Shown here: positions 39,035 through 48,865 of the stretch, one piece after another
How the letters are laid out: every line of letters begins with the position of its first letter
Position numbering within the stretch: position 1 is the stretch's first letter
Origin: Candidatus Poribacteria bacterium
GTDB taxonomy: Bacteria > Poribacteria > WGA-4E > WGA-3G
Assembly: GCA_022822085.1 (NCBI GenBank)
Contig: JAJECK010000005.1
Coordinates: forward strand, 6,048 to 70,047
Direction: 5' to 3'
DNA length: 64,000 nt
Translations under genes and position numbers: made by a program
The notes under the pieces: generated by a model
Database searches by the model: none
Told to the model about the DNA's origin: nothing
The model's input: only the letters and a program-made list of their open reading frames with translations

Positions 39035-40381
39035 TCAGATTAACCCATCTGCCTTCATCCACTCTATTGTTTGTACAAATGCATCCACCGTTTTTGTGAT
39101 GTCTTCTTCGGTGTGTGCAGCCGTTGTCATACCACCATTCGTTGCAAGGTCAACGCCGTTGAGCAACAAACCGCATCGAAGATGTATGAGCAACTCTTCA
39201 TCATTGCCACCTTTGAGTTTCCGATAATCCCAAGTGTATGGATCAAAATCGGCAGCACGCATATCTTTCTCTCCGTGTCCGATGAGGAGTCTAATACCAG
39301 AAAACTCACCGTAAATCACCCAATCTAATCCATAATCATCAATTACACTGTTGAGTTCACCACGTAGTTTTTGTGCTATGTTGTTTGCGTGTTCATTCGG
39401 TTTTCCTGTCTTAACGATGTTGAGCGTAGCAATCCCTGCAGATGCAGAGAGAGGGTTAGCATTAAATGTGCCAGGATGCGGCATTTTTAGTCCATCTTCT
39501 TCAGCCTGCATAGAAATTAACTCAAGAATTTCTTTTTTTCCAACGAGTGCACCACCAGGTAATCCACCTGCTACAATCTTCGCCAGTGTTGTCATATCTG
39601 GAGTTACATTGTAATATTCCTGAGCACCACCTGGGGAAACACGAAAACCTGTTATCACCTCGTCGAAAATGAGTAGAACATCGTGTTTCTGAGTAATTTC
39701 GCGTAGTTGTTGTAAAAATATACCACCAGTAGGAACAATTCCAAAAGATGCTCCTGTCGGTTCAAGAATAACACATGCGATGTCCTTATCTGTTTTCAAC
39801 ACCTTATTAACAGTATCAATATCATTTGGAGGGCACAGTAGGGTAGTATCGCGCACTTCTTGCGGAATACCTGGGACAGACATATCAAAGGGTGGATATG
39901 CACCGAAGATAAGACTGTCGTGCCAACCGTGGAAATGTCCGGCAAACTTCAACACCTTATTCTTCTGGGTGTATGTTCTGGCAAGCCGAATCGCCATCAG
40001 CGTTGCCTCAGTCCCAGAACTGACAAATCGCACGCGTTCTGCCGAAGGAATGAGTTGTTTTACAAGATCCCCCCATTCCAATTCAAGCGGATGGCATGCT
40101 CCGTAATGTGTGCCGCGATGCATCTGTGTTGTTACCGCTTCTACAACATCAGGTGAATTATGACCGAGCAGCAATGCCCCGTGTCCTGCCCAATAGTCAA
40201 TGAACACCCTGTCTTCAAGCCCCCATTTTACTGCCCCATCAGCTCGGGTGATATAGATAGGAAATGGGGACATATATCGGCTATCGTGCGTAACACCATC
40301 GGGAAAAAGTTGGTTTGCAGCCTGTGCCAGTTCCCTATCTTTTCCAAAAGTTTTTTGATACTGCTCCAATATTGTTGGCAT
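39035..40381 (-). CDS. Class-III PLP-dependent aminotransferase (glutamate-1-semialdehyde aminomutase-like)
   Basis: VSSGTEATLMAIRLAR and LIFDEVITGFRV motifs. Confidence 0.8.
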   Translation of the reverse strand: MPTILEQYQKTFGKDRELAQAANQLFPDGVTHDSRYMSPFPIYITRADGAVKWGLEDRVFIDYWAGHGALLLGHNSPDVVEAVTTQMHRGTHYGACHPLELEWGDLVKQLIPSAERVRFVSSGTEATLMAIRLARTYTQKNKVLKFAGHFHGWHDSLIFGAYPPFDMSVPGIPQEVRDTTLLCPPNDIDTVNKVLKTDKDIACVILEPTGASFGIVPTGGIFLQQLREITQKHDVLLIFDEVITGFRVSPGGAQEYYNVTPDMTTLAKIVAGGLPGGALVGKKEILELISMQAEEDGLKMPHPGTFNANPLSASAGIATLNIVKTGKPNEHANNIAQKLRGELNSVIDDYGLDWVIYGEFSGIRLLIGHGEKDMRAADFDPYTWDYRKLKGGNDEELLIHLRCGLLLNGVDLATNGGMTTAAHTEEDITKTVDAFVQTIEWMKADGLI

Positions 40382-40452
40382 TTTTACCCCCTATATGTCC
40401 TGATCTCAAATTCGGTGAGCACATAATTCTATAATACATCAATAGATGCCTA

Positions 40453-40484
40453 ATGTCAATGAAAATGGAAGAATGGAAGAATGG
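40453..40484. repeat. Octanucleotide microsatellite (aatggaag)x4 in the divergent promoter region
   Basis: aatggaag aatggaag aatggaag aatggaag, read directly. Confidence 0.9.
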
Positions 40485-40965
40485 AAGAATGGAAGGGTGT
40501 ATTTGTTGCGTGGGAAATGAATAGACTTTTACATGATTGTGTTACTAAATAATGTAAATATGCTGGATTATTTAGTTTTCTGGTAATTCAGATACTTTTA
40601 TTCATAATCGTTACCGTATTCTGTGATTTAGATAAAATACACGATTCTGGGAAATCCGAGATTCAGACAATAGAATCCCAATATATTACACCTTAATCTA
40701 TTGTCCTTATCCAGAATTATTCTTCACATCTCATCCCACCATCCGTTATAATATAACTTGAAACCAGCACAATGAAGAGACAAACACAGTCATGAATGAA
40801 AGTGCTATTCAATATTAACTTTGAAATTGCTCACTGCCCTTATATGTCAACTTACTCCACCTGACTGAAAATAATTACCGAACTCACTCTATAAATATCA
40901 GATTTTCTACACTGGTTTTACATTTTTTTCAAGTTTTGCACCCTTTTCGCCTCAAATATGTGTCA

Positions 40966-40973
40966 TGTATAAT
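40966..40973 (+). promoter_or_regulatory. Candidate extended -10 element (TGTATAAT) upstream of the ECF sigma gene
   Basis: TGTATAAT lies 30 nt upstream of the start codon. The -35 is weak. Confidence 0.3.
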
Positions 40974-41002
40974 CGTAAACCAAACTAAGGCGGAGGTTAA
41001 TG

Positions 41003-42349
41003 ATGGAAAAAGACGATGTTCAACTTATTCACCAAATATTATCTGGTAATGGCACTGCATTTAATACTTTATTCCAAAAATACCAAAAGAGTATTCACGC
41101 TATCGCCTGGCAAAAAATCGGGGATTATCACGTTGCGGAAGAGATCACCCAAGATGTCTTTCTACAAGCATATAACAAACTGTCCACGCTGAAAGACCCG
41201 AACAAGTTCTCCAGATGGATTTACATAATTGCAAAGCGACGTTGTGCTAACTGGAATCAACGTGAAAAAACTACTATGCAATCCTTGGAAGCCACTGATG
41301 AAGCTATCTTGGAGAAATCCGCTTATGCAAACTATGTCGCTGAACAGCGCGAAAAGGCTGCAACAGAACACCGCCGAGAAGTTGTTGATATGCTTCTGGA
41401 AAAATTACCAGAACGTGAACGGCAAGTAATTACACTTTATTACCTTGGTGAAATGACATCCGAAGCGATAAGTAATTTTCTTGGGGTGTCTGTCAACACG
41501 ATAAAAAGCCGTCTTAGAAGGGCACGCCAACGTCTGCAGGAGGAAGAACTTATACAAGAAACTCCTGGGAACATCCAACCACCTGCTAACTTATTCAAAC
41601 ATAGAGATAATGTGAGTATCTCTTCTCAAAACACCAATAATAACCAAAATATAAGGAGTAAATCAGTGAGCGAAAGAAAAGAAATCACTACCTATCCATT
41701 CATAGTTGAATGCTACGAGCAACCCAAATGTAGAGGGAAAAAAGTAACTATTCTTCAAACGACTGAGAACCTACAGGATAGTCTGGATCGTGTTGGGTTT
41801 GAAGACAGTATCGCGTCTGTGCGGATAGTTAAAGGTCCAGGCTGTCCACGAGAAGGCGGGGAAGTTACATTTTATGAAAACCCCAATTTTTCAGGTGTTA
41901 CCTTACCATGTGACTTGGGACCGGAAATAATAGTGTCAGAGATACCTGATTATAAGGCTCAAATTTTATCAATTAAGATAGATGTGAATCTGTCTACACA
42001 GAATAGCGATGAAGGACAACATAGAAAGGCCGAAAACAAGGAAATCGGTATCTATCCATTTTTCGTTGAATGTTTTGAAGAACCCAAATTTAGGGGGAAA
42101 AAAGTAGTCATCATTCAAACTAATGAGAATCTTCACGAAAGCCTGGAACGGTCTGGGTTTGAAGACCGTATATCTTCTATGCGGATATACAAAGGCACTG
42201 ATTGTCCACCTGATGGCGGAGAAGTTGTGTTTTATGAAAAACCCAATTTTACAGGACACTTTTTACCTATCAACATGGAACCGAAATCATTAATGAAAGA
42301 GATACCTGAATTTAATAGGACAATTCTCTCAATTAAGATGGAATGTTGA
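41003..42349 (+). CDS. ECF (group 4) sigma factor with a C-terminal extension of two beta/gamma-crystallin-like domains
   Basis: Sigma-2 region HAIAWQKIGDYHVAEEITQDVFLQAY. Sigma-4 region LPERERQVITLYYLGEMTSEAISNFLGVSVNTIKSRLRRAR. Two Greek-key domains (YPFIVECYEQPKCRGKKVTI...FEDSIASVRIVKG...VTFYENPNFSG; YPFFVECFEEPKFRGKKVVI...FEDRISSMRIYKG...VVFYEKPNFTG). GGAGG SD 6 nt upstream of the ATG at 41003. Confidence 0.8.
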   Translation: MEKDDVQLIHQILSGNGTAFNTLFQKYQKSIHAIAWQKIGDYHVAEEITQDVFLQAYNKLSTLKDPNKFSRWIYIIAKRRCANWNQREKTTMQSLEATDEAILEKSAYANYVAEQREKAATEHRREVVDMLLEKLPERERQVITLYYLGEMTSEAISNFLGVSVNTIKSRLRRARQRLQEEELIQETPGNIQPPANLFKHRDNVSISSQNTNNNQNIRSKSVSERKEITTYPFIVECYEQPKCRGKKVTILQTTENLQDSLDRVGFEDSIASVRIVKGPGCPREGGEVTFYENPNFSGVTLPCDLGPEIIVSEIPDYKAQILSIKIDVNLSTQNSDEGQHRKAENKEIGIYPFFVECFEEPKFRGKKVVIIQTNENLHESLERSGFEDRISSMRIYKGTDCPPDGGEVVFYEKPNFTGHFLPINMEPKSLMKEIPEFNRTILSIKMEC

Positions 42350-42432
42350 GTATCCTTTCAAACAATTAATCGAGACATAAAATATCACGCTCAGTGATTA
42401 TGCAACGAACAAAGGATAATAGGGTGAACATT

Positions 42433-43056
42433 ATGACAAAAGATGTTTCAATAGAAAACTGGATTCTCGGTGGAACAGTTTTCATCCTGATTTTCACGAT
42501 CGGATGCTTTGTGTGGTTTCAATACCGGATGTCTATTATTGAACAATATGACAACAAGGACAAAATGAAACCCCTGCACATTGATAAATCCTCACAATCT
42601 GGACAAGAGGAAATATTTCATATAGAAATTAATGATGCTGTGGAACAGGGGACAATTAGGGATAATAGTACTGATATAGAAGAAATGGACGATATAATAT
42701 CTGAACGAAACATTGATAAATTTCATAGTAGTAAGAGCGAAAGTAAGAAAACCACTACCTATCCATTCATAGTTGAATGTTATGAACAACCCAAATGTAG
42801 AGGGAAAAAAGTAACTATTCTTCAAACGACTGAGAACCTACAGGATAGTCTGGATCGTGCTGGGTTTGAAGGCAGCATCGCGTCTGTGCGGATAGTTAAA
42901 GGTCCAGGTTGTACCTCAGACGGTGGGGAAGTTACGTTTTATGAAAACCCCAATTTTACAGGTGTTACCTTACCATGTGGCTTGGGACCGGAAGTAATAG
43001 TGTCAGAGATACCTGATTATAAGGCTCAAATTTTATCAATTAAGATAGAAGGTTGA
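42433..43056 (+). CDS. Single-pass membrane protein with one beta/gamma-crystallin-like domain near-identical to the sigma factor's first crystallin domain; candidate sigma-partner or anti-sigma
   Basis: TM helix WILGGTVFILIFTIGCFVWF. C-terminal domain TTYPFIVECYEQPKCRGKKVTILQTTENLQDSLDRAGFEGSIASVRIVKGPGC...VTFYENPNFTGVTLPC...ILSIKIEG. Nucleotides 42750-43045 are about 95% identical to 41680-41975. The start is taken at the ATG at 42433; a GTG at 42394 is possible. Confidence 0.7.
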   Translation: MTKDVSIENWILGGTVFILIFTIGCFVWFQYRMSIIEQYDNKDKMKPLHIDKSSQSGQEEIFHIEINDAVEQGTIRDNSTDIEEMDDIISERNIDKFHSSKSESKKTTTYPFIVECYEQPKCRGKKVTILQTTENLQDSLDRAGFEGSIASVRIVKGPGCTSDGGEVTFYENPNFTGVTLPCGLGPEVIVSEIPDYKAQILSIKIEG

Positions 43057-43290
43057 TCGTCCTTGTTTTTATGTATGATGAATAACCGATGAGCTACACC
43101 GTATAAGGATCGGTTTGTAAGTCGCACCATAGCCACCACTTTAAGGAAATATACTTGTCTGAATCCGAGATTCTTCCAGAAAGTAATTCCAAAAATTGAT
43201 GCCTATCGGTGCGGTTTAGAAACCGCTTCTACCTTCTTGGACAATCTAAGATGAACTGTTGCTGGTTTCCTTCCGTTTCCTGATTTAATT

Positions 43291-43319
43291 TTGACAAGTA
43301 CCGCTTTTTATAGTATAAT
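43291..43319 (+). promoter_or_regulatory. Consensus sigma-70 promoter TTGACA-N17-TATAAT upstream of rplM
   Basis: TTGACAagtaccgctttttatagTATAAT lies 61 nt upstream of the rplM ATG. Confidence 0.6.
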
Positions 43320-43380
43320 ACAATAGGTATGTGAACTTACATTAATGATATAATAAGATTTACTGAAAAGGTCAAGTATC

Positions 43381-43824
43381 ATGGTATTGAAAACGAAAAC
43401 ATTTTTTCCTAAATCCGACAAAGAAATTAAGTGGTATGTCGTGGATGCAGAAGGACAGGTGCTTGGACGGTTAGCATCGCAAATCGCACAAGTGCTCAGA
43501 GGGAAGCATGATCCCAGTTTTACACCACATGCGGATTTAGGGTATCGTGTCGCTGTGATTAACGCAGAAAAGGTCGTCGTCACTGGTGACAAAGCAGAGC
43601 AAAAAACTTACTTCCGATATAGCGGTTATCCTGGTGGTGATAGATACAGAACTTTCAATGAACAGATGGAACGCGACCCGAAGTTTATCATTACAGCGGC
43701 TGTTAAAGGGATGGTACCGAAAAATAAACTCGGAGCAAAATTGATGAAAGGTTTAAGGGTCTACACAGGACCTAACCATCCACACCAAGCACAGGAACCA
43801 GAAGTCCTAACATTTAACACTTGA
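43381..43824 (+). CDS. rplM: 50S ribosomal protein L13
   Basis: [16 protein letters not shown]... Confidence 0.9.
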   Translation: MVLKTKTFFPKSDKEIKWYVVDAEGQVLGRLASQIAQVLRGKHDPSFTPHADLGYRVAVINAEKVVVTGDKAEQKTYFRYSGYPGGDRYRTFNEQMERDPKFIITAAVKGMVPKNKLGAKLMKGLRVYTGPNHPHQAQEPEVLTFNT

Positions 43825-43832
43825 GGAATTAT

Positions 43833-44228
43833 ATGGCTATAGAACAATTTTGGGGAACAGGAAGACGTAAAACCTCCGTAGCGCGTGTCAGAATCATTCC
43901 GGGTGGTGAAGGCGGTATTGTCGTCAATAAAAAGCCTATTGAGGATTATTTTGATCGTTCCGACCACATACAGGTGGCACGCAGACCTATTGAACATGTT
44001 GAGAAAGTCGGTGAGTTCGCTGTGCATGTCAATGTCCGCGGTGGTGGAAATACCGGACAAGCAGGTGCTATTTCTCACGGTCTCGCTCGCGCACTCGTTA
44101 AAGCAGATGAATCATTGAAACCTTCTTTGAAAAAAGGTGGATTCCTAACACGTGACCCACGAATGGTTGAACGTAAGAAGTATGGACAGAAGGGTGCTCG
44201 GGCACGTTTCCAATTCTCCAAACGTTAA
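43833..44228 (+). CDS. rpsI: 30S ribosomal protein S9
   Basis: [12 protein letters not shown] ... [19 protein letters not shown] ... C-terminal [25 protein letters not shown]. Confidence 0.9.
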   Translation: MAIEQFWGTGRRKTSVARVRIIPGGEGGIVVNKKPIEDYFDRSDHIQVARRPIEHVEKVGEFAVHVNVRGGGNTGQAGAISHGLARALVKADESLKPSLKKGGFLTRDPRMVERKKYGQKGARARFQFSKR

Positions 44229-44257
44229 TCATGGAATACGTCCAGTGGAATTGATAG

Positions 44258-45568
<1,311 letters not shown>

Positions 45569-45619
45569 TTTCCATACCAAATTTTCTTCTAACAAATTAC
45601 CTCGATTTTGCACTTTAAC

Positions 45620-45648
45620 TTGACATTTGCCGAAAAAGGTTGTATCAT
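45620..45648 (+). promoter_or_regulatory. Strong sigma-70 promoter for the tRNA pair (TTGACA-N17-TATCAT with TG extension)
   Basis: TTGACAtttgccgaaaaaggtTGTATCAT ends 16 nt before the tRNA-Lys 5' end. Confidence 0.55.
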
Positions 45649-45664
45649 TTAATATTGTGAATTT

Positions 45665-45740
45665 GAGCCGTTAGCTCAGCAGGTAGAGCATCTGACTTTT
45701 AATCAGGTGGTCACAGGTTCGATTCCTGTACGGCTCACCA
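45665..45740 (+). tRNA. tRNA-Lys (anticodon UUU), CCA encoded
   Basis: Cloverleaf folded by hand. Acceptor gagccgt/acggctc. Anticodon loop cuUUUaa. T-loop ggttcgattcc. 3' ACCA. Confidence 0.85.
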
Positions 45741-45749
45741 AATATTGCG

Positions 45750-45824
45750 CCCCCGTCGTCTAGCCTGGCCAAGGACACCGCCCTTTCACGGCGGCGACAC
45801 GAGTTCAAATCTCGTCGGGGGTAT
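45750..45824 (+). tRNA. tRNA-Glu (anticodon UUC)
   Basis: Acceptor gcccccg/cgggggt. Anticodon stem ccgcc/ggcgg with loop cuUUCac. T-arm acgagttcaaatctcgt. No encoded CCA. Confidence 0.8.
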
Positions 45825-45837
45825 TTTTCATTAAGGA

Positions 45838-45876
45838 ACCCAACCTATTCTCTATAGGTTGGGTTTCTTATTTTGC
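45838..45876. terminator. Rho-independent terminator (12-bp stem aacccaacctat/ataggttgggtt followed by a T-rich run); bidirectional position
   Basis: Perfect 12-bp inverted repeat followed by tcttatttt. Lies between the tRNA-Glu 3' end and the convergent ferredoxin gene. Confidence 0.7.
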
Positions 45877-45910
45877 GACCATTTCTATTTTTTGAAGGTG
45901 TAGGTAACTA

Positions 45911-46369
45911 TCAATCTGCAGCCTCAGCGAGTTCCAATAAAATAGGTGATTCTACGCGGATAGCATCTTTGATGCACACCTCTTCACATAGCAAACAACC
46001 GACACAATCCTTCGGTTTCACAAGTTCACAGATACCAAAGAAACTATCAGCCTGTTCATTTGACACGGGGTCAATGATTTCGAGGCACTCCCACGGACAG
46101 ATTTGCACACAGAAATCACATCCGGAACAGAGTTCCTCATAGATTACGGCTTTGGGACGATGCATACGAACAGGAATAAATTTACACACATTGCCGAACT
46201 GGTCACGGATTGCTTCCACTGGACACACCATGCCACATGCACTGCAATCAATGCACACATCTGGGTCAATAATGTGCATCTTGTTTCGATCACCAGTAAT
46301 CGCATCAACAGGACATTTATCTAAACACTGTATACACCCGATGCATTCCTCAGTAATAAAATATGCCAT
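45911..46369 (-). CDS. Poly-ferredoxin-like protein (multiple 4Fe-4S CxxCxxCxxxCP motifs)
   Basis: CIGCIQCLDKCP, CIDCSACGMVCP, CSGCDFCVQICP and CVGCLLCEEVC motifs. Start taken at the internal MAYFITEE to avoid overlapping the neighbouring gene. Confidence 0.7.
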   Translation of the reverse strand: MAYFITEECIGCIQCLDKCPVDAITGDRNKMHIIDPDVCIDCSACGMVCPVEAIRDQFGNVCKFIPVRMHRPKAVIYEELCSGCDFCVQICPWECLEIIDPVSNEQADSFFGICELVKPKDCVGCLLCEEVCIKDAIRVESPILLELAEAAD

Positions 46370-46392
46370 AATAGTTACCTCAATTTTATTTA

Positions 46393-48783
46393 TCACAGTC
46401 CAAGATGGATAGCAACAAGTTCTTCCAATTGCGCATTCCATTCTTCAGGTGAATGCACTTCTCTATTACGTGACATTATAACCTTTCCTTCTTTATCAAT
46501 CAACACAATTGCTGGATACGTTCGTCCTGCACCAATACCAAATTGCCGCGCCAATGGACCATCCCAGTGACCACCATCATAAATATGTCGTCCAATTACT
46601 TTTTCCTTACGGACATAATCCCGCAATTGGTCTTCGTCACTATACATCATAACACTGACTCCAATAACCTCAAAACCATTTTGGTGATATTTTTGGTATA
46701 CTGCTTCCAAATCATCCAGTACTTGATTCGGAAATCCCAGATAGAGCAGGGTAACTTTCCCTTGGAATGTTGCTGGGGATATAGGATTTCCATCAATATC
46801 AATCGATGTGAAATCTGATATTACCCTACCAATCCGTGTGGCTTCTGTCCTATTTAGGTTTTGTCCAAGTAGAAACTGTCTATTCATAACAGAAATTATT
46901 GTGCCATCACGATCAATGAGCCACTGGGATGGCAGCCTGTTAATACCAAAGAATTCTGCAGGGCCGCCCTCAATACCACTATTCTCAAAAACCTGGACCC
47001 ATGGAATATCATGTTCCTCAATATACTTGCGCAGATCTTTTTCCTCTTCGTCAACACTAATGCGGATGACTTCAAATCCGTTCTTGTGATGTTCTTCGTA
47101 GACCTCTTTGACATAAGGTATTTCACCTGTGCAGGGACCGCACCACCATGCACAAAAATGGAGCAAAACTAATTTACCGTGGTAGTCAGAAAAAGATATT
47201 TGAGTGCCATCAAGTGTTGTTGCTGAAAAATCGGGTAGTTGCAGACCTTCCCACGCGGGTTGTGCCCACCGATATTCTGAATGTGGTTCCCATGGATATT
47301 TACTTGCTAATTCAGTTTCACCTAACGTTTCATAAATATCACCGAGACCGCGTAAAGAATACCAGTCGTCAGGTTCTTCTTCAAGTCGTTGTTCAAAGAT
47401 ATATTTGGCTTGATGAATTAAGGTTTTGCTCCTTGCAAGCAGTTCAGTGTTTCCTTCGGGATTTCTCATCAGTTTACGATAGATATGGCAAGGAGTTTTT
47501 CCGTATTCTGAATAAACTCTTGTAAGCCAATGATACAATCCGTATTCATCTTGTCGCTGTGCTCTTTCAAACAGTTTCTCAAGTGCTGGGAGCACCAGTT
47601 CAAATAGAATATTTTCATTTTGGTTGAAAGGGTTATCATCACGACTAATTGCATAAAAACATATTTCCGCGTCATTCGGCAACAAATCAATTGCTTGTTC
47701 AAGGAATGGGTATTCTTTATCTTCAACAATAAATGCTAATAACTTTGCTGCAGTCCCGTTGTTCGGCTGCATTTCAAGTACCTCTTCAGCGAATTCTCGT
47801 AGTTCCATACGCAAATATTTTGGAAACCGTGGAATGTACTCTGATAGATCCGCTGGCAACTTCGCCTGTCCATCAACAACACCTACTTCAATCCGCGTCT
47901 TGAAATACGTCAGAAGTTGTTTCTGAAGTTTGAGGGAGAATTCCCATCTGCTACTCGACAATTCACGGTCATCAAGCGCATTGAGATAAGTCTCCCAAAA
48001 ATCAACCTTTTCGGTAGTTGGATCTCCAAAGTCCTGTTGTTCACCTATTTCTTGAAGTAACTCTTTTTGAAACGCCGCAATTTCATTGTAGAAGGCGGTT
48101 CTACATCTGTTAATCAACGCGTTACACTTTTCAATTAGATATCTCCGTTCATTCTGATCTTCTGGTCTTTCAGGGTTATCCTTAAGTTCCTGAAGCTTTT
48201 TCTTTGCCTTTTTATATACTGAACCTGGACTTCTACCGATTCTATTGTAAGTAGACTTCGCATCTTGATACCGATCAGTTGCTCCTTCTTGTTTTGCCCA
48301 TTCAAATAGATTTTCAAGCGCAGTGAGAAATCTCTCCTGGTAATCATCACCTTGTCTGATTACACCAGAGTTTCTATGGTATTTGTGAATGAAGATTATA
48401 TTCGCACAAGGATCTTTTGGTACTAATTTCATCAATGTTTTTATATATGACCAATGGTCAGAGTTATTCTCAGCATCTGCCACAATTGTCAAAATTATAG
48501 TTGCAGCAGCATTTTCTGGATCTGTAGCGAGACAATCTCCTGCTAATGCCCGAAGTTTTGATAGCATTTCCTTCGGAAAACGCCAAAAGTAATCTTGAAA
48601 ACCAGGGGCAAGTGTAGTTACGCCATCAACAACATCTTCTCCAATCTTTTCTTTGATATATGCAAGGAATTGTTCCTGCGTCTCCTCGTCCATCTCCAAT
48701 TCACCTGTGCCTGCTGCATGTCCAAAGTCATATTGTGAATTGAGGAATGTATACCAGAAATCTGCGGAAGTGTATTTATCCAT
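46393..48783 (-). CDS. Large protein with no signal peptide: duplicated alpha-helical N-region (2 x about 230 aa), one redox-active TlpA-like thioredoxin domain (WCGPC) and one degenerate thioredoxin-like domain
   Basis: Internal repeat DFWYTFLNS...ELEMDEETQEQFLAYIKEKI versus DFWETYLNA...KQLLTYFKTRIEVGVVDG. LPDFSATTLDGTQISFSDYHGKLVLLHFCAWWCGPCTGEIPYV is an active thioredoxin fold. Second domain LPDFTSIDIDGNPI...GKVTLLYLGFPNQ has no Cys. SD AGGAGAA. Confidence 0.7.
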   Translation of the reverse strand: MDKYTSADFWYTFLNSQYDFGHAAGTGELEMDEETQEQFLAYIKEKIGEDVVDGVTTLAPGFQDYFWRFPKEMLSKLRALAGDCLATDPENAAATIILTIVADAENNSDHWSYIKTLMKLVPKDPCANIIFIHKYHRNSGVIRQGDDYQERFLTALENLFEWAKQEGATDRYQDAKSTYNRIGRSPGSVYKKAKKKLQELKDNPERPEDQNERRYLIEKCNALINRCRTAFYNEIAAFQKELLQEIGEQQDFGDPTTEKVDFWETYLNALDDRELSSSRWEFSLKLQKQLLTYFKTRIEVGVVDGQAKLPADLSEYIPRFPKYLRMELREFAEEVLEMQPNNGTAAKLLAFIVEDKEYPFLEQAIDLLPNDAEICFYAISRDDNPFNQNENILFELVLPALEKLFERAQRQDEYGLYHWLTRVYSEYGKTPCHIYRKLMRNPEGNTELLARSKTLIHQAKYIFEQRLEEEPDDWYSLRGLGDIYETLGETELASKYPWEPHSEYRWAQPAWEGLQLPDFSATTLDGTQISFSDYHGKLVLLHFCAWWCGPCTGEIPYVKEVYEEHHKNGFEVIRISVDEEEKDLRKYIEEHDIPWVQVFENSGIEGGPAEFFGINRLPSQWLIDRDGTIISVMNRQFLLGQNLNRTEATRIGRVISDFTSIDIDGNPISPATFQGKVTLLYLGFPNQVLDDLEAVYQKYHQNGFEVIGVSVMMYSDEDQLRDYVRKEKVIGRHIYDGGHWDGPLARQFGIGAGRTYPAIVLIDKEGKVIMSRNREVHSPEEWNAQLEELVAIHLGL

Positions 48784-48865
48784 TATAATTCTCCTATTTT
48801 CGTTTGTAATTCAGTCCGTAGATAGAAACTGGAACAAATGATTTCTGTGAATGTTTAATGGTTTT

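Noticed and set aside
45665-45911. Genomic-island integration site at the tRNA-Lys / tRNA-Glu genes
   Set aside because: No integrase, no duplicated tRNA 3' end, and no direct repeat follow the tRNAs. They are followed by a clean terminator and a convergent ferredoxin gene.
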